64,000 bases of DNA from the IMG/VR virus record IMGVR_UViG_3300026097_000001. One strand, 5' to 3'. Both the position numbers and the translations under genes were made by a program. The notes beneath the pieces were generated by a model. It was not told the origin of the DNA. It saw only the letters and a list, made by a program, of their open reading frames with translations, and did no database searches. This DNA is from a virus. Its lineage: Duplodnaviria > Heunggongvirae > Uroviricota > Caudoviricetes. Positions 35,543 through 45,047 of the stretch are shown one piece after another (position 1 is the stretch's first letter; each line of letters begins with the position of its first letter).

Positions 35543-35945
35543 CGATAGCCATTACTTTTACTGGCACACTCAAGTCACCAGCGCGGCGAATATAAGCACG
35601 ACCACCATCAATAGCGCATTCGCCTACCATACGATAGTCATGACGATGTTGACTGTATTCCCAGCCATTAGGACCTTCAAGCATACCAAATTCAACATCT
35701 TCAATCTTGTCTGCGTTAGTGATCATAACCATTCCATCCGCAGCAAAGTGTTGATTACGATACAGACCAAAGTAACGATTGCCAAAATCAGGATGAGGAG
35801 TCTCACGATAAAAAATATCCATTGCTTGAGCTTCATCACCAATAGCTGAAGTGCAAACGTATGTCACAGGAACTCCGTCCTTTTTAGAATAAAGTTCACA
35901 TACTCGTTTTGTATCAAGAATTGGTGTATGATTGATGTTCATCAT
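35508..35945 (-). CDS. hypothetical protein
   Basis: 145-aa ORF. Confidence 0.4.
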   Translation of the reverse strand: MMNINHTPILDTKRVCELYSKKDGVPVTYVCTSAIGDEAQAMDIFYRETPHPDFGNRYFGLYRNQHFAADGMVMITNADKIEDVEFGMLEGPNGWEYSQHRHDYRMVGECAIDGGRAYIRRAGDLSVPVKVMAIVDGKFVEKENA

Positions 35946-36142
35946 GACGTATACCCTTCTTTGAGTTTTTCTTTATAATAAATACGAGCAGCTTTGATTG
36001 GAAAATTTGCTCCCATACCACCTTTGACATAATTAACGATTTCTACCTTATCACCTTTAGGAGTGAAATGAATGGCAAAGGCGCTTCCAGTTGCGCCTTT
36101 TGGTTTGCGAGGATGATAAAGTGTGTGAGTAACGTTTGTCAT
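35942..36142 (-). CDS. hypothetical protein
   Basis: 66-aa ORF behind an early promoter. Confidence 0.35.
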   Translation of the reverse strand: MTNVTHTLYHPRKPKGATGSAFAIHFTPKGDKVEIVNYVKGGMGANFPIKAARIYYKEKLKEGYTS

Positions 36143-36171
36143 AGTCTATTGCCTTTTCATTTAATATATAC

Positions 36172-36200
36172 AATATAACTGATTCTAAACGAAATGTCAA
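36172..36200 (-). promoter_or_regulatory. early promoter cassette (TTGACA-17-TATATT)
   Basis: Full consensus with the leader ttttcatttaatatatac; upstream of 35942..36142. Confidence 0.6.
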
Positions 36201-36203
36201 TAG

Positions 36204-37307
36204 TTAGTTCTTTACGAGTGTAATTTTTTCAGACGCGCGTGTAATTGCGGTATACAACCAACGTTGCCAGTCGTCACGGAAACACCATGACTCGTCGTAT
36301 ATTAATACGCTATTCCATTGTGAACCCTGAGATTTATGACACGTAATAGCATAACCAAAGTCAAATTCCTGGCTGCCTTTTAAAAGTTTCCAATTTGGTA
36401 CCGGGATTTCTGCACTAAACTGGCTCTTGTGAACCTTAACTAGCATCGGCAATTCTTCATCTTCTTCTGGGTATAGGCTCATATGCAAAAAGTTACTCTT
36501 GCGATTTGTATCGATAACACGATCAACTGTAAAGATGCCGCCGTTAAAGATGCCGAGATCCTTATCGTTCTTTAAACATATTAGCTTCTCGTTCTGTATT
36601 GGATAGTCGCCATTCATTTTAAGTAGCTTTCGCATCTTGCCATTCATGCTGTCACGCGTTGCGTTTCTTCCAACTAGGATCTGATTCGCGTCAAGCGCGT
36701 CTGTCGAAGCGATCTTAGAAACGATTCTAGACTCACCGTAAGATCCGTGATTTGGGTATCGTCCTTCTCGAATTTCTGACGCTAAATACACAATTGGGTT
36801 ATCTTTTGCTTGCCGGTGGATTTCAGTCAGCATAATATCCGGTTTTGCTTCTGTAAAGTAACCTGCGCCTGAAACCGGTGGTAGCTGAGCAGGATCACCA
36901 AGGACTAGAATTGGAATCCCAAAAGATAAAAGATCTGTAGCCAATTCTTCGTCAACCATCGAGCATTCATCGATAATAAGAAGGGACGCGTCTCGAAGAG
37001 CACTCTCTTTATTTAAACGCCAAGTAACTTCACCGGTATTTTTATTCTGCGCCGCGATATAGATTAAACTGTGGATTGTTCTTGCACCAACACAACCACG
37101 CTTTTTCATTACGAGCGCAGCCTTACCAGTAAACGCGGCAAAGAGAACCAATCCATCGATGTTTTGGGCAAAGTGAGTGGCGAGAGTAGTCTTACCAGTA
37201 CCAGCATATCCGAAGATACGAAATACTTGTTTCTTTTTTGATTCCGTATAGAACCACTTGTCTACAGCCTTAAGAGCCTGTTCTTGCTGTGATGACCACA
37301 TATTCAC
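36204..37307 (-). CDS. dda: Dda-like SF1 DNA helicase
   Basis: 367 aa; Walker A FGYAGTGKTT, Walker B LIIDECSMVD and C-terminal ITCHKSQGSQWNSVLIYD matching T4 Dda/RecD-like helicases. Confidence 0.75.
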   Translation of the reverse strand: MNMWSSQQEQALKAVDKWFYTESKKKQVFRIFGYAGTGKTTLATHFAQNIDGLVLFAAFTGKAALVMKKRGCVGARTIHSLIYIAAQNKNTGEVTWRLNKESALRDASLLIIDECSMVDEELATDLLSFGIPILVLGDPAQLPPVSGAGYFTEAKPDIMLTEIHRQAKDNPIVYLASEIREGRYPNHGSYGESRIVSKIASTDALDANQILVGRNATRDSMNGKMRKLLKMNGDYPIQNEKLICLKNDKDLGIFNGGIFTVDRVIDTNRKSNFLHMSLYPEEDEELPMLVKVHKSQFSAEIPVPNWKLLKGSQEFDFGYAITCHKSQGSQWNSVLIYDESWCFRDDWQRWLYTAITRASEKITLVKN

Positions 37308-37615
37308 CTCTTGTAATAGTCATTATATATCTTTTTTATTCGAGGAAGGTCCGGATGTTTTCGGATCCATTGCCCAGTGTCTGGATTAAAATTATTACGA
37401 AAGAAACGATCCAGCCTCGAGTTTCCAGTGTTTCGTTTTGGGTTTACAAGTAAAGACTCCTTGTCATACTCAGCGTCAGATATAATCGACTCATTTTCAT
37501 ACTCGTATGCGTAGGCCGCGACTGCAAGTCTAATTCTACGGCGGATCTCAACCTCAACTTTGGAGCCCCATACTACAGGTTCCTCGGAATCATCTTTTAT
37601 AAAATTTTCTAACAT
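37304..37615 (-). CDS. hypothetical protein
   Basis: 103-aa ORF. Confidence 0.35.
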   Translation of the reverse strand: MLENFIKDDSEEPVVWGSKVEVEIRRRIRLAVAAYAYEYENESIISDAEYDKESLLVNPKRNTGNSRLDRFFRNNFNPDTGQWIRKHPDLPRIKKIYNDYYKR

Positions 37616-37621
37616 AAGTAT

Positions 37622-37650
37622 ATTATATCACAAGCGTCTGGATTTGTAAA
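37622..37650 (-). promoter_or_regulatory. sigma70-like promoter outside the family (TTTACA-17-TATAAT)
   Basis: Minus strand TTTACAaatccagacgcttgtgaTATAAT upstream of 37304..37615. Confidence 0.45.
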
Positions 37651-37674
37651 CATATAAATATAGGTATTGGGTAA

Positions 37675-37914
37675 TTATATTTTACTCTCAGATGGATTTA
37701 ACCATTCATAACATACGAGATCTTTTAACTTATAATCAGGATACGAATAATTAAACATTTCATAGTTTAACAGTTCTACGATTGCTTCAGTGCAATCACT
37801 CTCACTTTCATATATAATATTGCTTTGCATTATCATACAGCTATCTATGTCTATCGGTTGATTGTTTAAACACAAAAGAATCATGGCACTATACATAAGG
37901 GATACTCCTAACAC
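37675..37914 (-). CDS. hypothetical Cys-containing protein
   Basis: 79-aa ORF. Confidence 0.3.
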   Translation of the reverse strand: MLGVSLMYSAMILLCLNNQPIDIDSCMIMQSNIIYESESDCTEAIVELLNYEMFNYSYPDYKLKDLVCYEWLNPSESKI

Positions 37915-38424
37915 ATGAGAATAGTATTTTTATTTATTTTAACTTTCATGGCAGGATGTGTCCAATATGAAAGGCTTAGTGAACCGAACAAGATCGACTC
38001 CTTAATGAACAGCGCAGACGCGTATGTTGGCATGAATGAAAGAGAAAATAGATCCGAGCTCAGGTCCTTTATAGATCTAGATCCAGTAAATTACGAATGG
38101 TGCGCCGCGTTTGTAAATGCGGTTCTAGAGTCAAGAAACATACCTGGTTCAAATATATTTCACGATAACCCGTTGCTAGCACGCAGCTTTTTAAGTTGGG
38201 GTGAAAAGGTTGAAGATCCAAGAAGAGGAGATATCGTAGTATTCCCTCGAGGAAACCAAGGTTGGCAAGGACACGTAGGTTTCTATGTTACCTCTTACTT
38301 TGACGAAGGAATTGAATATTACATTATCCTAGGTGGAAATCAAGATGATGAAGTAAGTTACGCTAAGTTTAATGCAAAAGCGGCCATCTCAATTCGAAGA
38401 TGGCCGGGATTAAACGAAGATTAA
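37915..38424 (+). CDS. CHAP/NlpC-P60-like peptidoglycan peptidase lipoprotein
   Basis: 169 aa; lipobox FMAGC; Cys (YEWCAAFVNAV) and His (GWQGHVGFYV) spaced as in CHAP-like cell-wall amidases/peptidases; the only convincing plus-strand gene. Confidence 0.5.
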   Translation: MRIVFLFILTFMAGCVQYERLSEPNKIDSLMNSADAYVGMNERENRSELRSFIDLDPVNYEWCAAFVNAVLESRNIPGSNIFHDNPLLARSFLSWGEKVEDPRRGDIVVFPRGNQGWQGHVGFYVTSYFDEGIEYYIILGGNQDDEVSYAKFNAKAAISIRRWPGLNED

Positions 38425-38433
38425 TCCTGAGGA

Positions 38434-38805
38434 TTACGCTGCGAGTGCTGGGCGAAAACCAAACAACGTGAAACCATATGGTGCTACTACGACAGTGTTT
38501 CCTTCTTCATCGACGATCACATCTCCTACAGAAATGGAAGACATACGAGTCAGGCGCTCGATGTTTTGCTCTGGGCCAATGTTGCCGATCTCAAACACTT
38601 CGTTGAAGTCTTTAGCTTCAATGTTTGCGACGTGTGTGTAGTGCCCTTTAGCCATCGCTTCATCCGCCAGACCACCAATTTTGTCGCCTGAGAAATCCAT
38701 GTTCATTTTGTTCTTAGCTTCAAAAGCTGGGATCATCTCACCAGCGTTGATTGCTGCGTATTGAGCTTCTGTAAACTGGATCTGGTAGATTGCAAACTTT
38801 GTCAT
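38434..38805 (-). CDS. hypothetical protein
   Basis: 123-aa ORF behind an early promoter. Confidence 0.4.
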   Translation of the reverse strand: MTKFAIYQIQFTEAQYAAINAGEMIPAFEAKNKMNMDFSGDKIGGLADEAMAKGHYTHVANIEAKDFNEVFEIGNIGPEQNIERLTRMSSISVGDVIVDEEGNTVVVAPYGFTLFGFRPALAA

Positions 38806-38837
38806 TTTCAGGTTCCTTTGTTTTACCTTATATAAAC

Positions 38838-38866
38838 AATATAACTGATTCTAAAGGCAATGTCAA
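38838..38866 (-). promoter_or_regulatory. early promoter cassette (TTGACA-17-TATATT)
   Basis: Consensus copy upstream of 38434..38805. Confidence 0.6.
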
Positions 38867-38883
38867 CTAAAAATGAACTCAAA

Positions 38884-39306
38884 TTACTTCAACCAACCAA
38901 TTTTTTCACCTGTCTCAATTCTTCGCTCGGCTTCTGCCTGAGAACCAGGGTAACGCCATGCCCAAGTTACGATAAAGGCAAAGGTAATCGCAAGGTATAG
39001 CGTTGCCATTGGATTGCCTGTTCCAAAGTACATAAACGCGAGCGAGGTTGACATGACGGCTACCATGAGCCATTTTGCCTTCGTTGGATATACTCGATAC
39101 TTGGACCAACTCTTTACGAAGGGACCGAACCGAGGGTGGTTCATAATCCAATTGTGGAACTTATCGCTTGACTTTGCGAAGCAGAACGTTGCACCGAGGA
39201 TAGGAGTACTCCAAGGTAGACCTGGAAGAAATACTCCGAGATACGCCACTCCTACAAGTATCATACCAAGAACAAACCAAAGAGATTTCTTTATGTTTTT
39301 TGTCAT
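38884..39306 (-). CDS. DUF454 (YbaN-like) inner-membrane protein
   Basis: 140 aa; LPGLPWSTPILGATFCFAKSSDKFHNW pattern and 3-4 TM helices. Confidence 0.45.
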   Translation of the reverse strand: MTKNIKKSLWFVLGMILVGVAYLGVFLPGLPWSTPILGATFCFAKSSDKFHNWIMNHPRFGPFVKSWSKYRVYPTKAKWLMVAVMSTSLAFMYFGTGNPMATLYLAITFAFIVTWAWRYPGSQAEAERRIETGEKIGWLK

Positions 39307-39485
39307 TCCATTTCTTCTTTCACGTTTTCAGGAGTGGATCCGATAAGTTCAGCAATTCTCTTATAAGCTGCATACTTTTCAGAAATCTCATGAGCAATAT
39401 TTAATTTTAGAATTCTATTTTCTTCGGACTGTTGCAAAAACATTTTCCGATACATCTCAGCTTCAGTCGAATCATTCATAGCCAT
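39303..39485 (-). CDS. hypothetical protein
   Basis: 60-aa ORF. Confidence 0.3.
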   Translation of the reverse strand: MAMNDSTEAEMYRKMFLQQSEENRILKLNIAHEISEKYAAYKRIAELIGSTPENVKEEME

Positions 39486-39765
39486 TACTTACCTCACTTT
39501 CATAAAATAAATCTGATACATCTTGCTTTAACCGCAAGGCTCGTGGAGTTAACATAATATCATCTTCAAGCAGATATTCCTTTATTAGAAACTTTAAGTA
39601 TTCCTGTAGCTCAGAAATGTAATCGTCTTCATTAACGACTATGACCTTTTCAACAAAACCTGAAGGATATCTTAGAGTATATATCGATATACCTCCTCGT
39701 TTTTCTTTAAGGAAAAACGGAAAGTATTTCGTTTCATATACTCTATCGTTAACACAAACCTTCAT
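39472..39765 (-). CDS. hypothetical protein
   Basis: 97-aa ORF. Confidence 0.3.
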   Translation of the reverse strand: MKVCVNDRVYETKYFPFFLKEKRGGISIYTLRYPSGFVEKVIVVNEDDYISELQEYLKFLIKEYLLEDDIMLTPRALRLKQDVSDLFYESEVSNGYE

Positions 39766-39774
39766 TGAATAAGT

Positions 39775-39966
39775 CTATTTTTTGTCTTCTTCCAACTTTA
39801 ACCTAAAGTGACAGTAATATTTATCCCAGAGTTCAAACAAGAAAAACAAAGAAAACGATGAGAAGAACGCAATGAACATATTTGGTGCAGTAACGAATAC
39901 GATAAACGTGACAAACATAATATCGGCCATTATGATTGCGGCTACGTAGTCATACCATCTTATCAT
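39775..39966 (-). CDS. small membrane protein
   Basis: 63 aa, two TM helices. Confidence 0.3.
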   Translation of the reverse strand: MIRWYDYVAAIIMADIMFVTFIVFVTAPNMFIAFFSSFSLFFLFELWDKYYCHFRLKLEEDKK

Positions 39967-40454
39967 AATCTGTCTCCCATCTTATAAAAGACATGGTCTC
40001 CATATGTACCAAGCTTGGTATATGATTTTGACCAGTATGGTTTTACGTTCGTTGTGTGGTAGTGAGTAGCATCGACACCAATTAACGAGATAGTTTTATT
40101 CACGAGACCTTCAGCGATCTCTTCAGCGTGTTTCCATGACTTTGCGTCGTATGCTTTATCAGACCGGCCATCACAGAACCAGGAGAACTGACATTGATGG
40201 CGGCGCGGGTTACCCCTTGGATCAAATCTTGCCTGATAAACCACATCACAAATCGTGCTTGGAAAGTGTTTACTCGCAACCCGATTTAAAGTTACTTCAG
40301 CAACGAGTTGCATCGCCTCGGATCCTTCTCCACGCGCTTCGTGATACATGTTCATCGCGAGCGCGTGGATCTGTTCTTCTTTGTTACAGCTATCGGCAAA
40401 ACTTGAAGTTGCTGTTGCCATTACGATAGCCAAACCGGTTAGTACTTTTTTCAT
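39963..40454 (-). CDS. SleB/CwlJ-type cell-wall hydrolase with Sec signal peptide
   Basis: 163 aa; signal peptide MKKVLTGLAIVMATATSSFA; NMYHEARGEGSEAMQLVAEVTLNRV matches the Hydrolase_2 (SleB) core. Confidence 0.6.
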   Translation of the reverse strand: MKKVLTGLAIVMATATSSFADSCNKEEQIHALAMNMYHEARGEGSEAMQLVAEVTLNRVASKHFPSTICDVVYQARFDPRGNPRRHQCQFSWFCDGRSDKAYDAKSWKHAEEIAEGLVNKTISLIGVDATHYHTTNVKPYWSKSYTKLGTYGDHVFYKMGDRL

Positions 40455-40487
40455 TGCTCATGCCTTAGATTTTTTCATTATAGATAT

Positions 40488-40516
40488 TATATAAACTGAT
40501 TCTAAGGAGATGTCAA
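40488..40516 (-). promoter_or_regulatory. early promoter cassette (TTGACA-17-TATATA)
   Basis: Upstream of the SleB-like hydrolase gene. Confidence 0.5.
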
Positions 40517-40520
40517 TAGT

Positions 40521-42215
40521 TTATGCCTCGCAAGCTGCACAATCATCAGACATTACACGTTTACGAGTCAAAGACTGTGCTGCAGACATGGAGTAGCTAT
40601 AGTACAGACTCTTTACGCCAACGCCATGAGCATATAGATACAGCTGATTGATTTCTTTTACCGACATGTCAGGATCCAACATTAGGTTCAAACTCTGACC
40701 TTGGTCGATGTATTCCTGGCGAACGCCTGCTTGGTCTACGATGGTATATGGATTAATCTCAGAGAAGGTCTTAAACACTTCTTTTTCTTCCTGTGTAAGG
40801 AACTCAAGATGTTGAACGGAACCATCGCGGTTCTTGATTGACTCCCACGTATCGAGGTTATCCTTACCCTTTTCTTGAAGCAACTTCGTAAGATAAGGGT
40901 TCTTAATCGTAACCTTAATCTTTGCAAGATCCTTTACATATGCGTTCGAGAACTCTGGTTCGATAGACTGAGATACTTGACCAAGGATAAAGCTACTTGA
41001 CTTTGTAGGTGCGATAGCCATCGTTGTTGTGTTACGCATACCGTAACCTTCTAGTAACGGAGCTTCACCAAGGATCTCGGCTAACTGTCTTGACGCAGCA
41101 TGCGATCTCTCACGAAGGTTTTTCGCAATCTCTAGGTTCTTTTGCGCTGCTTCTTTTGACTCAAAAGGAATCATTTTTGACTGTAGGTATGAATGCCAGC
41201 CAAGGATACCTGCGCCAAGAGCCCTGTGATTGATAGCAAAATCACGAGCGCGTTTCATATAGATCTGACCCTCAGTCTTATTGATAAATTCCTGACATAC
41301 CGTGTCAAGGAACATAGTAAGTACTTCAATCGCGTCGGTCTCTTTGATCTCGTCCCAATGCAAAACGTTAAGAGACGATAGTACACATGTAAAGGTTTCA
41401 TCTACACTCGATGGCAGAGCGATCTCAGCACACATATTTGATGCGTGAATATCCATACCCTTGTCTTTATAGACCTGCGGTTTATTGTTGTTTACGTTAC
41501 CTTTGTATAGGATATAAGGAAAACCAATCTCAGAACGGCGCTGAAGTACCTTTGCCCACAGAGATCTTTTTTCTCCGTCTCCGGATTTCATATCTTCAAT
41601 GAATTGGTCCGAAACAGTAATACCGGTCGTTAGACCCTGGATAGGGTTACCTTCCGTACCGATGTCTAGGAACTCGCTTGCGTCAGGATGTTCAATATCT
41701 TGATACGCAGCAAAGAAGCCACGACGGACGGATCCTTGCGAAACTACAGAAGCAAGCGTATCATACATCTGCATAAAGTGAACAGAGCCAGATGATTCTC
41801 CTTGGTCTTTGATTGGAGCTCCTCTTTCACGAACAGCTCCAAAGTAGCCAGATGTTCCACCACCATTCTTCATGAGCATGCCGTTTTCAGCGTGGCCAAA
41901 TAGAATGGACTGCATACTATCATCAATAAACGATCCAAAACAAGAAACTGGTAGTCCTCGTTCCTTACCATAGTTAGCCCAGATTGGAGACGCTAGAGAA
42001 TAAAATCCTCTTGCCATGTAGTCATAGAACTTGTCTGCAAACCCATCAAACTTGCTTCCTGCTTCAGGAGTCGCAGCCATATCCTTAAGGTACTGCTCTG
42101 CTTTGTCTGCGATCTCACGTATACGACCTTCAGGAGTTTCACCGTTGTCAGTATCAATATATCCTCGTGACAAAAATGTGCGTGAGTCTTCGTTTAGCCA
42201 ATAAAATTTTTCCAT
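40521..42215 (-). CDS. nrdA: ribonucleotide reductase class I large subunit lacking an ATP-cone
   Basis: 564 aa; no N-terminal ATP-cone; conserved RNR alpha core; C-terminal CAACEA redox tail. Confidence 0.8.
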   Translation of the reverse strand: MEKFYWLNEDSRTFLSRGYIDTDNGETPEGRIREIADKAEQYLKDMAATPEAGSKFDGFADKFYDYMARGFYSLASPIWANYGKERGLPVSCFGSFIDDSMQSILFGHAENGMLMKNGGGTSGYFGAVRERGAPIKDQGESSGSVHFMQMYDTLASVVSQGSVRRGFFAAYQDIEHPDASEFLDIGTEGNPIQGLTTGITVSDQFIEDMKSGDGEKRSLWAKVLQRRSEIGFPYILYKGNVNNNKPQVYKDKGMDIHASNMCAEIALPSSVDETFTCVLSSLNVLHWDEIKETDAIEVLTMFLDTVCQEFINKTEGQIYMKRARDFAINHRALGAGILGWHSYLQSKMIPFESKEAAQKNLEIAKNLRERSHAASRQLAEILGEAPLLEGYGMRNTTTMAIAPTKSSSFILGQVSQSIEPEFSNAYVKDLAKIKVTIKNPYLTKLLQEKGKDNLDTWESIKNRDGSVQHLEFLTQEEKEVFKTFSEINPYTIVDQAGVRQEYIDQGQSLNLMLDPDMSVKEINQLYLYAHGVGVKSLYYSYSMSAAQSLTRKRVMSDDCAACEA

Positions 42216-42227
42216 ATTCTTCTCTCT

Positions 42228-43508
42228 CTAAAATAGGTCGTCTTCTGTGAATGCTTTTGTCTTCTTTGAATACGCGGTCGAGCGTTTTACAAAAAAGTCT
42301 ACGTTTTTCGTACTTAGGATCTCTTCTGCAAACCAGTCGGTTGTGCGTACCTTTTCTTCATCTACTTCATAGATTGGTTTAAGGTCGATCGCAGTGAGTG
42401 ATTGGTTAAAACGGTGCTTAAGGAACTCCTTAACAGTATCCTTTGGAAGGAAGTCGAGATCGCTGTTTCCATAGATCCAATCGACAATTGCAGACTCTGC
42501 TTTGTATGCTTCACGACACAGTCTGTTTACCTCGTTGATTGAATCCTTATTGAACCAATCTGGGTTTTCCTCGCGGATAATGTTTACGAGTTCGAAACCA
42601 AAACGCGCGTGAATGTCTTCTTCTTTTGATGTTGCTTCGACAGCGTTTGAGATACCCTTAAGAACGTTCTTATGTTTATTGAATGCCATCATAATAAGGA
42701 ACTGTGAGAATAGAGATACATTCTCTACAAACATCGAGAAAAGAATGATCTTATGGAAGTAGTCCTTGTCATCGACCGGTGTTCCGATAGATTGCTCGAG
42801 GTATGCAATACGCTTTTTCATTGCCGGTACTTCTACTACCTTTTCAAACTCTTCATTGAGTCCCATGATCTCGATTAGGTTTGAATATGCGTCGGCGTGT
42901 CTTACTTCTGATTCGCCAAATGTAATACCGACAGCGGCAACCTCTGGTTTTGGGAACTTATCGCCAATCTTTGCCCAGAATGTTTTTACTGCAACCTCGA
43001 TCTGAGAGATCGCAAGCATAGCTTTCTTTACGATCTCAACTTCTTCAGGAGTCATACGGACCTTCATATCCTGAATATCAGCTGAGTAGTTAAATTCTGT
43101 ATGAACCCAGTATGAGTGACGAATAGCATCTGTGAACTCTACGAGCTGGGGGTACTCATAAGGTTTTAGGTTCGAGCGTTTACGAAAGATGTTCGGCATG
43201 TTATTAAAACGAAAAAGGATATACTCGCGAGCGAGATCGTGAAGACCCATATCCATGATTACGTTTTCGACTGCTTTATGAACGGTGTCAACATCTGCTA
43301 CCACATCATTCACGTCTTGGTTTAAAAGATTAGATACATCAGTTGCAACTTCGCTAGGTAGAGTTCTGCTCTTTATGCCGATGGATTTCATCGCCTTTGA
43401 AACGGCCGTTTGTATTTTACTAACATTAAATTCTTCGGTAGAACCATCACGTTTTAAAACGTAACTGACAGTTTTTGGATATTCTGGAGTCAAAGAACCT
43501 TCGAACAT
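42228..43508 (-). CDS. nrdB: ribonucleotide reductase small subunit with N-terminal ATP-cone fusion
   Basis: 426 aa; residues ~10-95 are an ATP-cone (VSYVLKRDGSTEEFNVSKIQTAVSKAM); the rest is a diiron-tyrosyl R2 with ESEVRHADAY and SKEEDIHARFGFE ligand motifs. Confidence 0.8.
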   Translation of the reverse strand: MFEGSLTPEYPKTVSYVLKRDGSTEEFNVSKIQTAVSKAMKSIGIKSRTLPSEVATDVSNLLNQDVNDVVADVDTVHKAVENVIMDMGLHDLAREYILFRFNNMPNIFRKRSNLKPYEYPQLVEFTDAIRHSYWVHTEFNYSADIQDMKVRMTPEEVEIVKKAMLAISQIEVAVKTFWAKIGDKFPKPEVAAVGITFGESEVRHADAYSNLIEIMGLNEEFEKVVEVPAMKKRIAYLEQSIGTPVDDKDYFHKIILFSMFVENVSLFSQFLIMMAFNKHKNVLKGISNAVEATSKEEDIHARFGFELVNIIREENPDWFNKDSINEVNRLCREAYKAESAIVDWIYGNSDLDFLPKDTVKEFLKHRFNQSLTAIDLKPIYEVDEEKVRTTDWFAEEILSTKNVDFFVKRSTAYSKKTKAFTEDDLF

Positions 43509-43544
43509 ATAAGTACCCTCTTTTTTGTTAAATGAGTAAAGAAA

Positions 43545-43562
43545 CCGTATTCCGCAATACGG
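43545..43562 (-). promoter_or_regulatory. perfect 7-bp hairpin in the nrdB leader (terminator or attenuator)
   Basis: ccgtatt-ccgc-aatacgg with T-rich tracts on both sides; lies between the td stop and the nrdB start. Confidence 0.4.
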
Positions 43563-43671
43563 TCTTTTTATTGTTTTATTATTTTGATTTTTAGACAGAT
43601 GCTGTCAACATGTTGTATTTATTAGCCTTACACACAACATATATAGATTGTTTCACATATTTCTAAATTTT

Positions 43672-44577
43672 TTACACCGCCATATTCATCTTAATTTCTG
43701 GATGGTGCTGGTAGTTATTCAGTTTAAACAAAGATGCGTCTTCTTTCTTAAAACCAACCGAAAGGCGTTCAATAAGGTTAAAGGACTCATCTATTTCGAG
43801 AGTAGGAAGCGGATAAGGTTCTCTATCCAATACTTCCGTTAGGCTATACAGATGGTCGTTATAGATATGAGCATCACCGATAGTATGCACATATGTACCG
43901 ACGTCAAGGTTGCATTCTCTTGCAATGATGTGAGTAAGTAGTGCATACGATGCAATATTAAACGGAACTCCAAGACCTACGTCTGCGGACCTTTGATACA
44001 TTTGACAGTGTAACTTTCCATTACGAACTGCAAACTGAGTCATAACGTGACAAGGAGGTAAAGTCATTGTATTCAATACCATAGGGTTCCAGGCCGACAT
44101 AATAATGCGGCGAGAGTCAGGAGTATGTTTGATCTGTTTGATTACACTTAGTACTTGGTCTACACCTCGCGGATCATCCTGAAAGTAAGAGAACTTTCTC
44201 CATTGGGATCCGTATACTGGACCAAGATCCTTGATGTATTCATCATTGTAGTGCCCGAGTTCTACGCCTTGTTTATCAGCATTTGCTGTCCAAATGGTTT
44301 TCTTTTCAACGAGCTCCTCACGATCTTTACCAAATGTAAGTTCAGCCAATCGCCGTTCATCGGTACCGCCTTCAAGGAACCACATAAGTTCGCCAACGAC
44401 TGCTTTCCATGCAAGTTTCTTTGTAGTCACTGCTGGAAATCCGTCTGCGAGATCAAACTTCATTTGGTAACCGAAGATAGAACGAGTACCTACGCCGGTC
44501 CTGTCACTTACGTCTTCCCCATTTACAACGATATCATTAATTAGTTTTTTATACTGATGCATTATATCTTCTTCCAT
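43672..44577 (-). CDS. thyA: thymidylate synthase
   Basis: 301 aa; RTGVGTRSIFGYQMKFDL, FPAVTTKKLAWKAV and the catalytic Cys region PPCH. Confidence 0.9.
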   Translation of the reverse strand: MEEDIMHQYKKLINDIVVNGEDVSDRTGVGTRSIFGYQMKFDLADGFPAVTTKKLAWKAVVGELMWFLEGGTDERRLAELTFGKDREELVEKKTIWTANADKQGVELGHYNDEYIKDLGPVYGSQWRKFSYFQDDPRGVDQVLSVIKQIKHTPDSRRIIMSAWNPMVLNTMTLPPCHVMTQFAVRNGKLHCQMYQRSADVGLGVPFNIASYALLTHIIARECNLDVGTYVHTIGDAHIYNDHLYSLTEVLDREPYPLPTLEIDESFNLIERLSVGFKKEDASLFKLNNYQHHPEIKMNMAV

Positions 44578-45047
44578 TTATCTACATATACTTCACCTTC
44601 ACGTTCGCTACTATAAAGCTCATACGTTAGCTCAATCAATGTTCTCGGTAAAAACACCTCACAATCATAAGTCCCTTGAATACGGCTCAGCCAGAACTCG
44701 TCTATAAGAGTTAGACTATTTTCAATTAGGTTACTCCCACCGATGATCCAAACGTCATCTTCATAGCTGAGTACATTCATTCTTGATCTATAGATATCCG
44801 AACGAATTACCTCTACATCGTTCTGCTGTTTCATTGTATCAGACACAACAATGTTTCGTCGACCGGGCAACGGTTTGAACGGAAGGCTGTCCCAGGTTCT
44901 TCGACCCATAACGATCGTTCCGTTGAGTGTAGTTTCTTTGAACCATTTTAGATCCGCTGGGTTGTTTGGCCAAGGTAGACCTCCACCCTTACCTATACCC
45001 CAATCGTCGTCACATGCTAAAATCGCTCGTATCATGCTTTTCTCCAT
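44562..45047 (-). CDS. folA: dihydrofolate reductase
   Basis: 161 aa; MIRAILACDDDWGIGKGGGLPW and IVMGRRTW DHFR motifs; overlaps thyA by 16 nt. Confidence 0.85.
   Translation of the reverse strand: MEKSMIRAILACDDDWGIGKGGGLPWPNNPADLKWFKETTLNGTIVMGRRTWDSLPFKPLPGRRNIVVSDTMKQQNDVEVIRSDIYRSRMNVLSYEDDVWIIGGSNLIENSLTLIDEFWLSRIQGTYDCEVFLPRTLIELTYELYSSEREGEVYVDKWKKI

Noticed and set aside
43580-43608. TTGACA at 43603-43608 ahead of nrdB as another early-promoter copy
   Set aside because: The 17-bp-spaced -10 candidate is AAAATA and the conserved leader is absent. I keep only the downstream perfect hairpin as a feature and leave promoter status open.
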